From a virus: 64,000 nucleotides of DNA. The notes below the pieces were generated by a model. The model was not told the DNA's origin. It worked only from the letters and a program-made list of their open reading frames with translations, and did not search any database. Positions within the stretch are counted from its first letter, which is position 1. The number at the start of each line of letters is the position of its first letter. Of this stretch, positions 62,720-64,000 are shown piece after piece. The stretch spans positions 11,810 through 75,809 of IMG/VR virus record IMGVR_UViG_3300031251_000010. The stretch is one strand, 5' to 3'. The position numbers and the translations under genes are program-made.

Positions 62720-64000
62720 TAGACCGGCGTCACCTGCACGTACAGCTGCGCGTTGGCCTTGTTGAACAGATATGCCCCGGCAAGCCCGTCGTTGTACAGG
62801 TTCACGTACAGGGTGCCTTGCATGCCAGTGTGATTCGCGGGCACTAGCGCATAGGAGTTGTCCGGTGTGATGGCCAGGGTCGGGTCAGCTGTGCTTGACG
62901 CGTGGGGCATCATGTGTGCCCACGAGGCTGTGTTTCCGAAGCCGCGCGCCACGAGCTGCCCGGAGGTGGGATGCCCCAGCCGGATCTCGCAGCCGATGAT
63001 CAACGGATCGGAGTCCAGCTCCAGACCCGTGGCCTTGATGTGCCCGAACACGATTGGCTTCCAAGGGAAGGGCTGCGCCGGTATCGCGAACGAGCCGATG
63101 GGCGCTCGGGTAGAGATGCCCTGGTAGTTGGTGAACGCCGCCTCGGGCACCGTGTAGGGCCGGGGGATGATCGCACCGATGGACATCGGCCGCCATTTAC
63201 CGCCGGGGAGGATATTCGCGTCGAAGGCAAGCACCTGGAGATGCGTTGGCGGCGTGGACATGTCCACGTCCGGTGACTGGGACAGGTTCCCGGCAGGGCC
63301 TTGCGGCCCGCGCGGCACGTTCAGGTGCGCGATGACGGACGGCGCGTAGGGGCTGCCGGACTGCGACATGTAGGACTCCACGCCGCCATCCGGGTCCAGA
63401 AGCTCTACACCCCAGGTGATCAACGGGACGGGTCCTGGAGGACCTTCGGTGCCCATCATGATGACGCGATAGTGGTCGCCGAACCACACGTAGGCGCGGG
63501 AGCCGATGAGGTTGGTGCCGCCCTGTTGGTTGGTAACCACGTTCACGGCTGAGGAGGTACCCCCGGTCGCGGCGCCGGTGATTGGCGGTTGGTTGAGGCC
63601 CGCCCTCGCGCCGGTGAAGGTCACCGCGTAGGGGCCGCCCGCCACACCGGCCACTGCGACATCGCCTGGCGCGATATTAGGGAGGGCTTCAAACGCTGCT
63701 TGCACCACGCCGGAGTAGGCGCCCCCCGTGATCGAGGAGGTCGGCTGCCCGTCGTAGGTGAGCGTGAAGGAGGTTGGACCACCGGTAACAGTGATGGTCT
63801 GGACCTCGTTCACCACGTCGTACTGGTTGATGACCCAGTACTTGCCGATATCGTCGTCGGTGTTCGTCAGGTTGGTTGGCAGGTCTTCCGGATCGTCAAT
63901 GGTGGAGACCTGGAGCCGCAACGCGAAGGCGTGCTCACCGGCAGGGCCTTGCGGCCCGACGAGCGCCGGGATAACGAGGGTGGCCTGGTCGCCTGCGATT
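62719..64000 (-). CDS. Minor tail protein (5' end beyond the window)
   Basis: Collagen-like GPQGPAG, NEVQTITV, PYTVPEAAF, PFPWKP.V.GH. Confidence 0.85.
   Translation of the reverse strand, partial: IAGDQATLVIPALVGPQGPAGEHAFALRLQVSTIDDPEDLPTNLTNTDDDIGKYWVINQYDVVNEVQTITVTGGPTSFTLTYDGQPTSSITGGAYSGVVQAAFEALPNIAPGDVAVAGVAGGPYAVTFTGARAGLNQPPITGAATGGTSSAVNVVTNQQGGTNLIGSRAYVWFGDHYRVIMMGTEGPPGPVPLITWGVELLDPDGGVESYMSQSGSPYAPSVIAHLNVPRGPQGPAGNLSQSPDVDMSTPPTHLQVLAFDANILPGGKWRPMSIGAIIPRPYTVPEAAFTNYQGISTRAPIGSFAIPAQPFPWKPIVFGHIKATGLELDSDPLIIGCEIRLGHPTSGQLVARGFGNTASWAHMMPHASSTADPTLAITPDNSYALVPANHTGMQGTLYVNLYNDGLAGAYLFNKANAQLYVQVTPV

Larger units (their letters stand above)
1..64000. mobile_element. Temperate mycobacteriophage genome (unintegrated/circular form or tandem junction); continues beyond both window edges
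   Basis: Head, packaging, lysis, tail, integrase, repressor and replication genes throughout; no housekeeping genes; attP intact at 49489-49523. Confidence 0.93.

Noticed and set aside
58784-64000. Diversity-generating retroelement targeting tail genes
   Set aside because: No reverse transcriptase and no TR/VR repeat pair seen in the window.

Overview
The whole window is one temperate mycobacteriophage genome (GC-rich siphovirus, probably from a Mycobacterium abscessus-like host). Most genes are on the minus strand. Reading the minus strand from 64 kb down to 1, the order is: minor tail genes, lysis cassette (lysin A, holin, lysin B), DUF932 gene, integration/immunity module, early/replication genes, two divergent secreted-effector cassettes, a Y-RNA array plus Ro60 operon, HNH, ParB-TET/JBP-glycosyltransferase, terminase, portal, protease and capsid. 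No host genes are visible. An intact tRNA-Arg-type attP lies inside the repressor gene (integration-dependent immunity), so this is the unintegrated/circular form or a tandem-prophage junction. The main highlight is five tandem Y-RNA-like genes at 18645-19385. They share a conserved, covarying scaffold, but each carries a different circularly permuted tRNA-mimic module (none, partial, class I twice, class II). They form the leader of an operon encoding Ro60 and an RlaP-like Pol-beta nucleotidyltransferase, which makes a candidate phage tRNA-decoy/RNA-repair system. Other notable items: a TET/JBP plus glycosyltransferase DNA-modification cassette coupled to terminase, PafBC-type DNA-damage promoters, an iteron array in the replication gene, and two polymorphic-toxin-like cassettes. 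All family assignments come from motif recognition, not database searches.
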